Source: Eledone cirrhosa
Lineage: Eukaryota
Direction of reading: 5' to 3'
DNA length: 64,000 nucleotides
Assembly: GCA_964016885.1 (NCBI GenBank)
Contig: OZ024763.1
Span: 5,518,001 to 5,582,000 of the forward strand
Shown: in pieces, positions 40,833-56,860 of the stretch
Layout: each line of letters starts with the position of its first letter
How positions within the stretch are numbered: the stretch's first letter is position 1
Made by a program: the position numbers and the translations under genes
Notes under the pieces: model-generated
The model's database searches: none
Seen by the model: the letters and a program-made list of their open reading frames with translations, nothing else
What the model was told of the DNA's origin: nothing

Positions 40833-41158
40833 GTCATTCCATTTCTTTTGTTCCTTTAGGGCCATATCTGTCTGTCTGTCTGTCCGACTATTTGTTTGTC
40901 TGCTTAGATGTCCATCTGTTTGTCTATCAGTCTATCTGATTAGCTATCTGTCTGTCTGTCTGTGTGGTTGGCTGCCTGTCTGCCTGCCTCTTTACACCAC
41001 TACAACCTTTCTCTGTGATCTTGTGGCTCTAAGTTCAGCACAGCATCTCTCCACTCGTCACGATCCTTCGTCATCTCCACCATGAGCTTCAATGATCTGA
41101 GGTCATTTCTCACCACCTCCGCCCATGTTGTTCGTGGTTTACCCCCCCCCCCCCCCAT

Positions 41159-42483
41159 TCCCTGTAACATTGTGATCCCAACTTTAATACAGCCCCCCCC
41201 CCCTTCTCTGTAACATTGTGATCCCAACTTTAATACAGTCCCCCCTTCTCTGTAACCTTGTGACCCCAACTTTAATACAGCCCCCCCCCCTTCTCTGTAA
41301 CCTTGTGACCCCAACTTTAATACAGCCACCTTCTCTGTAACCTTGTGACCCCAACTTTAATACAGCCCCCTTCTTTGTAACCTTGTGACCCCAACTTTAA
41401 TACAACCCCCTTCTCTGTAACATTGTGACCCCAACTTTAATACAACCCCCTTCTCTGTAACATTGTGACCCCAACTTTAATACAGCCCCCTTCTCTGTAA
41501 CCTTGTGACCCCAACTTTAATACAGCCCCCTTCTTTGTAACCTTGTGACCCCAACTTTAATACAACCCCCTTCTCTGTAACCTTGTGACCCCAACTTTAA
41601 TACAGCCCCCTTCTCTGTAACCTTGTGACCCCAACTTTAATACAGCCCCCTTCTCTGTAACCTTGTGACCCCAACTTTAATACAGCCCCCTTCTCTGTAA
41701 CCTTGTGACCCCAACTTTAATACAGCCCCCTTCTTTGTAACCTGTGACCCCAACTTTAATACAACCCCCTTCTCTGTAACCTTGTGACCCCAACTTTAAT
41801 ACAGCCCCCTTCTCTGTAACATTGTGACCCCAACTTTAATACAGTACCCCCTTCTCCGTAACCTTGTGACCCAACTTTAATACAGCCCCCTTCTCTGTAA
41901 CCTTGTGACCCCAACTTTAATACAGCCCCCTTCTCTGTAACATTATGACCCCAACTTTAATACAGCCCCCTTCTTTGTAACCTTGTGACCCCAACTTTAA
42001 TACAACCCCCTTCTCTGTAACCTTGTGACCCCAACTTTAATACAGCCCCCTTCTCTGTAACCTTGTGACCCCAACTTTAATACAGTCCCCCCTTCTCTGT
42101 AACCTTGTGACCCCAACTTTAATACAGCCCCCTTCTCTGTAACCTTGTGACCCCAACTTTAATACAGCCCCCTTCTTTGTAACCTTGTGACCCAACTTTA
42201 ATACAGCCCCCTTCTCTGTAACCTTGTGACCCCAACTTTAATACAGCCCCCTTCTTTGTAACCTTGTGACCCCAACTTTAATACAACCCCCTTCTCTGTA
42301 ACCTTGTGACCCCAACTTTAATACAGCCCCCTTCTCTGTAACCTTGTGACCCCAACTTTAATACAGTCCCCCCTCCTCTGTAACCTTGTGACACCAACTT
42401 TAATACAGCCCCCTTCTCTGTAACCTTGTGACCCCAACTTTAATACAGCCCCCTTCTCTGTAACCTTGTGACCCAACTTAATA
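41159..42483 (+). repeat. 40-bp minisatellite, ~33 copies
   Basis: Same unit, expanded; shares variant monomers with unit 2. Confidence 0.95.
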
Positions 42484-42532
42484 TCAAACTTTCTCTCTTT
42501 GTTCTACCTCACCCAAAACACCATCAATGTAG

Positions 42533-42632
42533 GTTTGACAGCTCTCATGTTTGATCTCACTGAACTGGTGAATATGATGTCTATAGGAACCCTTCTAGCC
42601 TACACATTTGTGGCCAAGTGTGTCACCTTGCG
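42533..42632 (+). CDS. SLC7/CAT exon B, copy 3
   Basis: Same variant as copy 2 (CVTLR). Confidence 0.84.
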
Positions 42633-43866
42633 GTGAGTATATCTATATATGTATATATGTATATATGTATGTATGTATGGTCTCATATATATATATATAC
42701 ATACATATACATATATCATCATCGTCCTCATCATTTTTGTGTCTGTTTTTCCACGCTTGCATGGGTTAGATGGGTACTTTTAAGCACAGCATCTCTCTAC
42801 TCGTCACATTCGTACATCATTTATTCTCCGAGAGAGTAAACTAACAAGAAAATGGAACTTTAGCATCATCTGAATCATCAGCTTCCTACAATACTTTACA
42901 TTTTTATCTATCTACTTATTTTGTCTCTTTTTCTCTCCTTCACTCTATCTATTTTTGTATTTTCCACTGTCGCCTCCCTTTCTTTTTGCCACTGTTACTA
43001 CTGTTACTTCCGCTTTCTTATCACCTACTGCAATCACAGCAAGCAATCACAGACATTTAGTAATATAGAGATAGATTGGCTCTTAACGTCCTGTCCCACA
43101 TGAAACCACATTAGCAAAATATTGCTTAAACATATAAAATAACATTATTACTGTATCACATTAATAAATATTGAAGTTTTTACTTTTATACAACAAATTT
43201 TCGCAATGATCTGTACCCTAGTAAAGATGCTATAAACATTTGAATTAACAAACCACATAAACCCCATTAGCAAGACATTCTTGAAAAGTAGAAAACAGTA
43301 TTATGATAGCATGACATTAAATATTAAAGTCTTTATTCTATCACTGCAAATATTCAAAATGATCTATCCACTAGTAAAGATAGTGTAAACCAGAGGTTGT
43401 CAAACTGTTTGGGCCACTACCCCGCCCCCTCATGGTCATGTAATACACTCAGCACGACCCCAACCATATTTACAGAGAGACTTACCTACACACAAATTGT
43501 AAATAATATATAATAAATGAAATCGTTAATTTATATATAATAATATAATATAATATATACTATGTATAAATAGATATTATATATTTTATATTTTACTATA
43601 TTTATATATAATATGTATCATTTGATATTTAATATACTATTATATCATATCTACCGCCACTGTAGGCCCCAGCGTCCACTCAGAGCTTCTCAATGTCCCC
43701 ACTTAGTGCCCATTTTGAGAACCTCTGCTGTAAACATTCGAATTAACAAACCTCTTTATAGATATTTTCTGACTAAATCATTAGAGGAGGTGAAGATCTT
43801 GTTTTCTCTTGTTCATTATATTTTCTTGTTTCTTTGTGTCTCTTGTTTTGTTTTCTGGAGTTTTAG

Positions 43867-43935
43867 ATATAAAGTCAAGGCTTTCAAAGGTGAGGAAACT
43901 GACATAAAACCAGAAGGTGATAATGGGGATTTCAA
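43867..43935 (+). CDS. SLC7/CAT exon C, copy 3
   Basis: AG/GTAAGT intact; YKVKAFKGEETDIKPEGDNGDF. Confidence 0.7.
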
Positions 43936-44448
43936 GTAAGTTGACAGATTTCTCAGATTTGTGGAATTGTGGGATTTGGCGAGGTTTTTGTAGGATTTTT
44001 GTGGAATTTTTGTGGGATTTTTGTAAATCTTTCTGGATCTGCCTTGATTTTGTAGATTTTGTGGATCACAAAAATCTTGTACAACTGTATAACAACAATA
44101 GACATACACATATTCTAATAAGTGTAATACTTGTACTTAATTCAGCCTCCTTCCTTCCATCACTCATGAACACAGCCCCGAGGTACTTGAACTTCTCTTT
44201 CTGCTTCAGTGAAACTCCATTCACATGTAGAACATTATGATTGGTTGTTTTTTTTTTGGTTGGGGGGAGAATGATTGAAATGCCAGACGGCTCCTAAAAT
44301 ATCTAAAAGCCTTGGTGACCCCAGTATGGGTTAGTATGCCCTTCACTACTCTAATGTCCATGAGGGTCTGATAGGGAAGGAGTAAATGCTATATACCCCA
44401 GCCTCATTCCCATGAAAAGCTGATTAAGGAAGCACCATTCCTCTTTGC

Positions 44449-44479
<31 letters not shown>

Positions 44480-45648
44480 ACTTTTTCCTTGACAGCTGAT
44501 GAGTCTTTAATAAAAATTGAAACTAATCAGATAGATCTTTTATTATTATTATTATCATTATCCAGAGCCATAATAAATCAAATGAAAAATATATATGTAT
44601 ATATAGAGAGAAAGAGCCATATACCTTAGAGGAAACATAGTATATTGTATATATACTAAATATATATTTCAGATAGGAATATGTACTTACGATTGGAGGC
44701 ATTAGAGAGACCTTATAGCACTATTTCATATTCTGTAGAGTGTGGTTGAAAATCAATCTATGTAATCGATCATCGAAGACAAACTATCAATTATAATTAA
44801 ACCACAGGAGACTCAGAATTATCATCAGAGGTTATAGTCTCAGAATTCTAAGAGAAATATAGAATCAAAATACAATATACTTGCCAATATCCATAGAGAC
44901 TGCTAACGTAACCACCATGTTGAAGACCACGTGGTGTCATCATCATCATTTTACGTCTGCTTTTCCCTGCATTCTTTCCACTAGAGATAGGTGTGGAAAT
45001 TATAGTCACCCCATCTCAACAAGAGATTTGGAGCTGTTATATACAAATGTAATGATTCAAAACATCAAATATGTTAGAATGTTGTGTTTCTTGATAAACA
45101 AGCTGAATATATATAAATCATCATCATCATCACCATTTTACGTCCGTTCTTCCACGCTAGCATGGGATAGATGGGTTGTCCTGTTGTGGGCAGTGTCCGG
45201 TCGGCTGACCATGCCTTGCTCATACGGGAACTGATTCTGGCTTGATTTCTACAGCTGGATGCCCTTCAAACACCAACCTCATTTACAGTGAGTGTTGGTT
45301 GCTTTTTTTCCGTGGTGCCTATACGTCATATATATATATATAGTGGCAGACTGGGTCTAAAAATATTGGTTGCCAGGAGATAAAGGGGACCCACCCACAT
45401 ATAGAATGCTATCATTTAATTTTAATAATGAATAAATAACATTTTCAAAAAATACATCAGTGAAAACAAAACATTGCAATCAAGTTTTTGCAGGAAAGAA
45501 ATGTGTATTTTTTACTAATTATAGTGTATATATTACTGGTACATATTACTGGTAGTATACAGCAAACCCCTCGTGTTGGATGCCACTTGCACCGACACCT
45601 TCTGCAGCCGCAACCTGGTGCAGTCTGCGACTGACCCAGGTTCTGCTG

Positions 45649-47507
45649 CATCATGGTTGTGTTGCTTCTGAGCCTCATTAGGTAATGCATTATTCGTTAC
45701 TTCTATAGATGTACAATCATGCCCTATGTAACATATTTAAAGAGGTATTTGACACTTTTTACAGAAGGGCAAACTTCAACATTAATATGTGCACAATATT
45801 TCTTAAGCAAAAAGGCATAAAATGGAACAACATTCCTGTTATCTACTGTATGTCATCCAATTTACACTGCAGTTCCTGTCTTGCACCTCCTGTACTCTGG
45901 GTATCCATTTAGGTTCAATAATGTTTTCCTTCTGTAGGTTTTTGGATAGTTCTTTTGGAAAAATCCATTTTGTATAAATGGGGAAAAAGGGTTTCCAGAA
46001 CCACATGGCCCGTGGATCATAAACTTTTTAACCTGCTCATGTAGTACTGGATCATCTTCCAATGCAGGTATTTCTGCTGACACGATTCTGTCAATGTCTT
46101 CTCTCTTTCTTATCTTGTCTTCATTTCTTAAGGCTCAGTGTTATCATCTGTTTAGATAATTCATTAAACCATTATACTCATCCACTCACAATTGGGCTTG
46201 ATTGTTCCTCAAATATTGAAGCCTGCATCCCTCTACTTTCATATAGGCATCCACTAAATACTGCTAAAATAATTTGCCTGCCCTATATATCGCACTAAAT
46301 CCTCCTCTATATGCTATACAGTATATGTAATACTCCTGCATTGTCAGTCTATTGCAAACACAGGTCCTGCATTCCTCTCCATGTCACTATGCCACCAAAA
46401 TTCACCATTATGGGTCGGTCATGAGGTCCAAGTGGCATGAATTATGTGGTATTATCTGAGGAGGATGGTCTTTAGGAAAGATGATAATATCTCTTTGTAT
46501 AGGTGGTGTGCCCTCAATCCCCACAAAACAACACCTATCATTAGGTAAATTATAGCAGCTCATATCTGATCCTCTTCTAAATCTTAATTCACAGTTCCGT
46601 ACACGACAATTTTCTCTTCTTGCTCTTTGCTGTTTGATGCCATGCATTGTATTATACACTTCGACATATGGATTACATTCATGCAACACCTCTCTTATCA
46701 TAGTCATTTTTTGTGGTGAGCCGTCATTATTTGTTGGTACTAGGGCGGTGGATTGGCAGTATCGGTAGAGCGTCAGACACCATGCTTTGCAGCATACGGT
46801 TATGGCCCTTTACGTTCTGGGTTCAAATCCCTCCAAGGTTGACTTAGTTTTCATCCTTATGAGGTCGATAGAATAAGGTACCAGTAATACACTGGAGTAA
46901 TTGCTGGCCTTGTGCCAGAAACAATTATTTGGTGCTACTTCCAATCTGTGCTACACAGCTTCATTCCCATCAATAATATATAACTGGCCATATTGTAGTG
47001 TATTTTCTGCAGGTTACAGAGGTGGGGTGTAGTGATATGTTTGACCCTGAATATGAAAGCTATACGGGCCTCTGCCAGGTGGTAAGGCAAGTTTAACACC
47101 AAATGAAGTGAAAGAAATGTAGTTTTAATTGCAGATGTTTCTGTGAAATCAACTGCTTCCTGGTCCCTTTCAAAGAGATTTCTCAGTCTCTCAGGGTATA
47201 TTTGCAATGGAGGCAACACAACCTTTCCTTTATTACAACAGTTACAATTTTCATTTCTAAATCTCAAAGCTCCACAGTGATCACACGAAACATTCATATC
47301 ACTAATATGAAATTCTTCTACATTTCCATTAATATTAATTGCTGGGCAATTTCTCCTACGACGCTCATTATCCATTCTTCTCTGTCTGAATGTTTTCCAT
47401 TCTAAGTCTATTTGCATGGATTAATTATATTCTGTTGTTTATTATGTAATTAAATAGCTCTGTACAATACATAGAGCACTCTTCTTTTCTTTACCTTTTC
47501 TATGGAA
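45649..47507 (-). mobile_element. Helitron Rep fragment, unit 3 copy
   Basis: As 13615-15480; ORF 45862-46083 SAEIPALEDDPVLHEQVKKFMIHGPCG is open here. Confidence 0.93.
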
Positions 47508-49476
47508 ATACAAGCACAAACATATATATATATATACATAAACAAGACTGTTATTGCTCCAACCAGTCTATTTACCTTTGATAACTATCCTAAATATAAA
47601 TACACCTATACCATATATGTTTTTGATGCCGTGGTATAGCAGAGATAAGCAAGAAGAGAAAAGAAAATGAAAAGGAAAAAGAAGTAAGAAGTCGGGGAAG
47701 GGACAGACACTTCACCCCAGTCTAAGTGGTCCCTCAGCCGCAACCCGTGGAAGAAACGTAAAAGCGTTACCTCAGAGCAAGGCCAGAGACACCTGCTACA
47801 ATAGTCACCCCTCCTCACGAGGCTCCTGCCGTCTTTCCTCCCGACTTTATGAAGGAAATCAGCAGTACGGGGACCAAGTATGGCAGAGGTCTCAGTTGAG
47901 TGGAAGAGGTGAGTCAGGCCTCAGTACTATCTTACTCTCCTCTGCATTGCGGGGTGTGGAGCCTAGGTTTGTGGCTGTAGCGATATTTGAACTTTTATAT
48001 GAAATTTCAGTTTTATATTTTTCACATCTTAAAACTTAATCTTAGTCTTTTGCAGCTCATCTTGTTTCATCTCGCAGCACACGATGTGGGAACCAAGACA
48101 TAAAAACTATTTCAAGGGATCGACATCTGTAAAAAGGTTGAAAAACGCTGCTCAATGTTCTTTTGTTTTTGTTCACCTTTAAATAATCATGTATAAACTA
48201 TCGGGTGTTATCTTGCAGGGACTAGTTCCAATTGAGAGTTGTACCAATTCCCACTAAACTCAAAACTCCTGGACAATATATATATATCTTTATAAGTTCC
48301 TGTGTATTGTGTCGCTGTATAATGAAAGATAAACATATACCATGCATATCAGTCAGGTTTGAACTCACTATATTTGGTGTTTTATAGATATAATTTGTTT
48401 GTTAAAATAATTGATTAAATAATAACTAAATAATATTAATTCTACAATCCTGGGTAGGGAATGAACTTATAACTTCATAATAGAAGCCACATATTTGAGC
48501 AGTCTTGCCAACTAAGCCACCAGGTTACTTACAGAACTTCATTCAAATATAAAGTATTTTAATTTAAATTTAAATTAAAATAAATAGATACTTATTTATA
48601 TGATTGTCAATATAAATGCCGCAGAACATACATGCACACATATATGAAAGCAAGCTTGTTTTGAAACCGCAATCGAAGTTTTAAACAAATTATGATTATA
48701 TATCGCCAGACATAGTGAGTTCGAATCTTACTGACTAGTTGGTCATTGTCCCAGCCAACAGTTTAAATCGCCAACTGGTAGGTGATATCGACTAGGTTGA
48801 GAAAACTTGGTTAAGTAGCTCCAGTTATTGCTACGTTAGACATATTCAAGACTTATCGACCCCGAATGGTAGAAAGGTAAAGAACTGGAAAAAATACTGC
48901 AAAGAATTCTATCTGATGTTCTAACAATTCTACCAAATTACCTTATATATATATATTTATATCTAGAGATAAGAAAAAAACAGGAAAAAAAAAAAAAAGC
49001 ATGAAACCCTATATGTAACCCATGACCAGAATTGAACCCCAAACAAGGACCTCCACCATCTCTGGTATCTCACACCAGACCATCAGGAATGCTACAAAAA
49101 TCTGCTGAATTTAATATTTATAAGCCTACTTTCAATATTAAAGTAATTAACATGTGGTGTTGTTCATGCCTTTCTTAATGTTATTGGTAAAAATTAAAGT
49201 ACTCAAATATCTTTACTTATGTAATTATAAATGTCGCAGAATACACACACATATATATATGTGAAAATATTCAGGACCCCAACGGCTGTGCTAGTGCCGT
49301 TTCGACATTTATATATATATATCTTTTAGTCCTAGGCGCTTTCAGTGCAGAAAGAATTCTCCAATGATCACAACCAGCTGATGGTGCCCAGTTGAAGCAC
49401 TTTAGTCTAATTATAACCCCAACGATTACGATTAGCGGCGGCTTTTCCGAGTCTGTGCCATGTGAGGTTGACTGCC

Positions 49477-49532
<56 letters not shown>

Positions 49533-49986
49533 CATACATGCTAGAATCCCGGAGAACAATAGAAAAATGCTGAGTTCAGAGTTTAAAAAACAACAGAAAG
49601 AAGGGCATAAATAAATATATATCAGTGGTTTAAAACCTTCTCTGCACCATGCCCCACCTCAACATTTAAAATATGTTTATGTCCCCCTTTAATATAAAAA
49701 CAATCCGAGTCTTGTGAAAGTGTTATTACTGCAATATAAAGTAGAAACCCTTTATTTAAACAAAGCTGCGATGCAGCGATGATCAAAGCAAACCCCAAAA
49801 TGTAAACAAACTTCTCGTAGATGCTGCCAGATACACGATAGCATGTCTAGACGAAGTGTAACAGGAGGTTGGGTCGTATTATATCACTTTCAAATTGACC
49901 CCTATTATATTCAAATTGTTCCCCGTGAGGTGTGCACCCCACGTTGAGAATCCCTCTTAAATAAATATATGTGAGTGAGTTGCTAT

Positions 49987-50944
49987 GACTGCTATTTCTA
50001 GCAGGTTTACTGCTGTCCTGTAGACGCACAAGAAAAACCGGAAGTGGTAGACATTAAAAAACTTTGGCTTAAAATCAGGCAAAAGTTTTTAAACAATAGA
50101 AAATTTAATGTAAACAAACCAGGGTGTTTTTGCCAAGAAAGATAACTCTTGTCTTACTTAATGGCAAAAATCGAGACAAAAATTTTGTGTGTGTTATGTA
50201 TACAAGATATAGACGCCATTTTGAAGCCCGTACGTGGTCGGTCGACTTACTCGAAATAGTAGTCAAAGAGAGGAGATTTTTTTTTCACCCGATACAAAAA
50301 GTAGGTTTATAAATATTAATTTTCACTATATTTTTAAGGTGGTCTCGTTGGCCGAGTGGTACGGTGCGTTGAGTCTGCTGAGATACTGGTCGGGGTCTCG
50401 ATCCCGGCCAACGTCTACACATAGGGGGTCTTATTAAACTTTTTCAGTTTTTATTTTATCTCTTAGTATAAAAACTGAAAAAGTTTAATAAGACCCCCTA
50501 TGTGTAGACGTTGGCCGGGATCGAGACCCCGACCAGTATCTCAGCAGACTCAACGCACCGTACCACTCGGCCAACGAGACCACCTTAAAAATGTAGTGAA
50601 AATTAATATTTATAAACCTACTTTTTGTATCGGGTGAAAAAAAATCTCCTCTCTTTGACTACTATTTCGAGTAAGTCGACCGACCACGTACGGGCTTCAA
50701 AATGGCGTCTATATCTTGTATACATAACACACAGACACACACACAACATTTTTGTCTCGATTTTTGCCATTAAGTAAGACAAGAGTTATCTTTCTTGGCA
50801 AAAACACCCTGGTTTGTTTACATTAAATTTTCTATTGTTTAAAAACTTTTGCCTGATTTTAAGCCAAAGTTTTTTAATGGCTGCCTCTTCCGGTTTTTCT
50901 TGTGCGTCTACAGGACAGCAGTAAACCTGCTAGAAATAGCAGTC
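49987..50944. repeat. Long palindrome, unit 4 copy
   Basis: Same structure; ~10-bp deletion in the GT-rich part of the left arm near 50185. Confidence 0.95.
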
Positions 50945-53900
50945 TTTGGCTACTATTTCGAGCAAGTCGACCGACAACGTAGGGGGGTTCCCATATCTTA
51001 TATACATAACACACAGACACACACACATTTATGTGTTTTATTTAAAGTTTTTCAAAACTCCTCATCGGTTTATAGTTGATTCGAACTTACAATTGGCCAT
51101 CTACAGTCTTCTTGTTGACGTCTATATCTAGTATAGTTATATATAACACACAGACACACACACATTTATGTGTTTTATTTAAAGCTTTTCAAAACTCCTC
51201 ATCGGTTTATAGTTGATTCGAACTTTCAATTGGCCATGTACAGTCTTCCTGTTGACGTCTATATCTAGTATATAAATACATAACACACACACATTTATGT
51301 GTTTTATTTGGTCGTCCTTGTGAGCAAGTCGACCGGTTACATATGGGTTCCATGTTACCTACACAAGTTCATATCTCATTGAACTAACGTTGATTTCAAC
51401 TTCGAATATTTGAACATACAATATGTAGTTACAGATGCTTCATAAATACAACTCCTGTCATTGCGCCATTCCTATACAAAGGGTGTGTTTGTGTGAGAAA
51501 GGGAGATCCGTGTTTATATCTAGTATAGTTATGCATTACACAGACACACACACAAGTATGCCTTTGATTATATTAAGACATTTTCAGACTTTTTTTTGTT
51601 AACAGTTTAATGTTTATTGGAAACCACAACGTGATTGACAGTACTTCGAATATATTTGATCATACAGTATGTAGTTACTTCATAACTACAATACCTATAT
51701 ACATAGGAATGCGTGAAAACGTGTGTATGTGAGATAGTTTAAAGAGGGAAATTAGTGTTTATATCTAGTATAGTTACACATAACGCACAGACACACACAC
51801 GAATGTGCTTTTTAATATATTAAGACACATTTTCAAACTTTCTTCTTAACAGTTTAGTGTTTATTCGATGCCACAACGGGATTGGCAGTACTGCACTAAT
51901 GTATCGTAAATTAAATTTGCCATGCGTCATTCATATATATATAACAAAGGAGTTATGGTAAGGAACTAGATGGACCATAACGCCCCAGAGTACTCAATAC
52001 TTAGGGTAATAGGAGATGTGTGTTTGTAGTAGGCTAAATATAAAGTCGGACATTTATTCACCATGCCTTCCTATTTCATATTGACAACGTATAATATTAA
52101 TCAGGATAATATAGATTTTCTACACGAACATAATGTCATCTCTATAACTACGAATTGTGAATAAACTTGTAAATGTTAATCCATTATTCCAAAAGAAAGT
52201 GTAAATCTAAAGAGGAAGTGACTATTTGGCTGCTTACAAGAAATATTGATTTCTACAATAGGCACAAAGCCAGCAATTTTTGGGGGAAGGGAAGTCGATT
52301 AAATCGATCCCAGTGCGTTACTGGTACTTTATTTTATGGACAGCTTAAAGATGAAAAGCAAAGCTAACCTCGGCGGGATTTGAACTCAGAATTTAAAGAG
52401 ACGTAACTCCACGCCGCGAAGACACTAAGGGACGTAACTCTAAGACACTAAATACATCAGAAACTTTCAACAAAATCATAATGTAAACGTAAACCATTGA
52501 AAATATATATCTGCAGCATATGTATGATTAAAATAGATATGAGCAAATAAATTGTGAATCATTAAACTCTACTTTTGTGGCTTTATTTATATCGTGAAAT
52601 GTTGTCAGACATTAAATTGTGGCTATGATTGTCATTACATTAGAGTGTTTGATTCAAATCTTTTTGTGTGTGAGTGTTGTAGATTTGATGCTATGGAGGT
52701 CTGTTCAGCAATAATGAAACTTTAATCGTTTTTTTTTTTTTTAAGAACATTAACTTATTTAAAAAAATTCTTTTTAGTTTATTCGTACCTCCTGAATATG
52801 GTTACTTTCGATACTGACTCCCTGCCTTGATTATTGGTTCTGGCATTGCTGTTGTGGGCTGCTTAAATTTAATCCATAAGATCACAAGAATCTAAAAATG
52901 AAATGTTGCATACAGACAGACGTTACGTTTATCCTAGGTATTTTGACAAATGTCTCGATGTCCATTGTTTTGAAAAATAGTACAATAAAGAAATGCCATC
53001 ATCTAGTAATCCTTGATAATAATCCAGTGTTGTTGCAGCCATGGTAAATGGTAAGAAAAAACAAAAATAAAAGACACATTCAGCAGTTAATGCAGTGAAA
53101 ACAAACAATAAAAATATAATTACTAAATAAAAATAATTCCTTACTTTCATTCATTTGTTTTTGTTATCGTTTTTAAATATAATTAAAATTTGTTTAATAA
53201 GTTATTTTTCATTACAATTATATACATATTATAATTATATGTCTATTATATTATATAGGAATCAGGTTTATCAATTTACGAGAACGTCGCATCAAGTTCA
53301 AATCTTTCTCCCACACAATACTTAGGTATGGCAGATTTGAAGTTAGTAGAGATTATTGCAGATAGTCAATGTAGGTTCAAATAAACCCTAGAGCTATGAA
53401 TAACAAAAGCAAGTTATAATTTATCAAAGTTCCAGTGGGATGAAAGACAAGGTCGACCCCTTTGTTGCGAGACGAACAGAGACGGGAAAGCCATGAAGGC
53501 CACCACGTCAATTTCGCTTCGAAACAGAAAGTAGGTTTATATATAATAATATGTAATCTGTTTTTAAAAGCGCCTTGGTGGCGTAGTGGAAAGTATAAGA
53601 GATGGTGGGAAACTTGGCCGGGGGTTTAAGCTTGGTCCACAACTACATTTAGAGGATGTTACTAATTAATATTTTTTTTATCTTATGAGACAAACAATTA
53701 AAATGTTCAGTGTAGATCTTACCCGAGATTGAACTCCAGACCAGGATCTCCACCGTCTCTGACACCACTTGGCTACCGAGACAACTTCAAATACATACTG
53801 ACAATTAATATTTATAAACCTACTTTCTATTTCAAAGCAAAAATTACGTGGTGATGTTCATGGCATTCTCCGTCTAATTCATACTACAAAAGGGGTCAAC

Positions 53901-54096
53901 ATTGGGTTTTAATTATCTGGGGCTTTGATAAAACATAGCTCGATTCAATTTGTCATCTTTTAAGGGTTGATTTCCTTGATTTCACAACAATCTGATCTGC
54001 CGTGCCCCTAAATATATACGTGTGTGTTGTAGAATTGATGCTACAGTGATGTGCTCAGCAAATATTTCTCCACAATTCTGTCATCCCACAATCATT

Positions 54097-54185
<89 letters not shown>

Positions 54186-56720
54186 GTGTGTGTGTGTACA
54201 CATACGTGAGTAAGTGTGTGTCTGTATGATTTAAACGTACAACAACGCTATATACATCATATCTCTGTTAACAATTAAATAATTAAATAAAAGTAATTCT
54301 ACAATCCCAGCTAAAGATGGAAACACACACTACACATTATAGCAATAACCACGACATAACAGTTTCTTGTTAAATATAGCCTATTGCAATTGTTGGTAGC
54401 GCTTGAAACCCTGTCACTATGTCTCACTGCTGAATCATGAAGGACAGGTCCTAGGAAAATGTTGGGGAGGGGAAAAAAAGAGTAATATATCCAGGTTTGG
54501 TTCATCTCTCCGATTTACACGGTATATAAATGATGTTTACCACTGTCGAGTACTTACCAGTCTTACTAAACACCGTCAGTTAGCTTTGTGCAGCGGTTAA
54601 AGAAAGTTGTGTTATTTTTTTGCCCTTCACATACAGTTTTTGTTCAACAGATAACAATACACACGAGAAAGAATCAAACAGAATGTAAGTCTTTGAAAAT
54701 AAAAATGTTATTACATTAGAACAAAATCCTAAATTATTATAGAACGTGGAATGAACGAAGCAACAAAATGAATTAATTTGAGACAAGCTGGTGATTATAA
54801 GGACAAATGACTTCATCTTCAACAGTATACAATTGAAATTAGAAATTGATTGAAATGGAACCTTTACAGAGACATCTAGCAGTAATATTTGGAATATAAG
54901 ACAAACCAAATTTTGAAGAAAAATGTCTGATGTGTCAATATATCAAATTTAACCTGTTTACAACAAAAGTGTCAACACCAGTAAATAAAGCGGTGTCTTA
55001 ATCAAACGTAGACACACGGACGAATTACGAATAATATAAACTTATTGATATATTTTGGGGCAATATGAGGACAGCATGACCTTCCCCGAATATAACAATA
55101 TCTCTTTCAACACACGATTTCATATTTTTAAAAAAACCTTCAAAATAAATAACGCCGTTAATCTATATTTAGTTTTATAAAAAGTAAACAATATTTGAAG
55201 AAAAACAAACAGTATTAAATGATTTGAAACAAACAGACGAAAGCAAAGACAATCACAGCCATGTTTTAATGTGTGACGATAGCAGTAAACAAGGCAATGT
55301 CTTAATTAAACGTAGACACACACAAGTTACGAATATTCTAAACTTAATGTTATATTTTGGGAGGGTCATGTTGTCCTAATATTGCGAAAAAATAGGACCT
55401 GCGAAGATTGGAAAGAAATGAAGCCTCCATACTTCGATGGATGTGTAATAGCAATATACGCAAATGACAAAGCATTAATGAAATACGCGATAAATTAGAC
55501 ATAAGAGGGATCAGATGTTGTGTGCAGGAGAGGAGATTGTGTTGGTAAGGATATGTGATGCGTATAAAGGATGCCAACTGTATAAAAAGATGCAGAGTAC
55601 TCAAAGTTGGTGGTAGCCATGGAGTAGGCAGGCCTAGGAAAACTTGGGATGAGGTAATAAGAGCTGACCTTTCACAATTACACCTCACAGGACCGTCACC
55701 TCTGGTGTTGTGAAGTATTACAGAAGACCCGCCCTCTATACTTAGCTGGCAACACCATTCCCTACCATCTCTCCTCTCATAAACCTCTTTTGTAACTACG
55801 TCCCCAATTTCCCAAAGCATATTCTCTACCCCTCCCAAGTTTCCCAACTCCTCTATAAAGTGATCCCCCACCCCTGGAGTCACACCAAAAGAGCCCAGCC
55901 CACACTGTAGTGGTCATATAGGTGTCATGACAAAAGTGAGCGTCCAGTCTACACTGTAAAATGGTCATGTAGGTGAGCAGCAAAACATACCCAGTACACA
56001 CTGTAAAGTGGTCGTGTAGGCGAGCAGTAAAAAACACCCAGTACATACTGTAAAGTGGTCATGTAGGTGAGCAGCAAAACATACCCAGTACACACTGTAA
56101 AGTGGTCGTGTAGTTGAGCAGTAAAACATACCCAGTACACACTGTAAAGTGGTCGTGTAGACGAGCATCAAAACATACCCAGTACACACTGTAAAGTGGT
56201 CGTGTAGACGAGCATCAAAACATACCCAGTACATACTGTAAAGTGGTCGTGTAGACGAGCATCAAAACATACCCAGTACACACTGTAAAGTGGTCGTGTA
56301 GGCGAGCAGCAAAACACACCCAGTACACACTGTAAAGTGGTCGTGTAGGCGAGCAACAAAACATACCCAGTCTACACTGTAAAGTGGTCGTGTAGGCGAG
56401 CAGCAAAACACACCCAGTACACACTGTAAAGTGGTCATGTAGGTGAGCAGTAAAAAACACCCAGTACATACTGTAAAGTGGAACACGGAACTTTTCTATG
56501 GATGTCACTGGATTACTCGCCATCAGATTACATTGAGTTCTATCTACGGTACGGACCCTACCACCAGGGGTAGACCACATAAAAAAATAAATATATCTAT
56601 ATATATATCTATATATCTATATATATATACTATATATCGATTCGTTTAATACATCATACAAGGGGTATATAGTATGTCAACCGTTGTATTACTCTATATA
56701 TCCACCCCACTATATTTCAG

Positions 56721-56860
56721 CATGGTTGGTTCAATATTTCCCCTACCCAGGGTGGTATATGCCATGGCAGAGGACCGAATCATCTTTGGTCAACTCTCAG
56801 GTGTGTCCGAAAGATTCAAGACCCCTGTTTTAGCAACACTGGTAGCTGGATTGTTTTCAG
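56721..56860 (+). CDS. SLC7/CAT exon A, copy 4
   Basis: Same variant as copy 1 (QLSG). Confidence 0.84.
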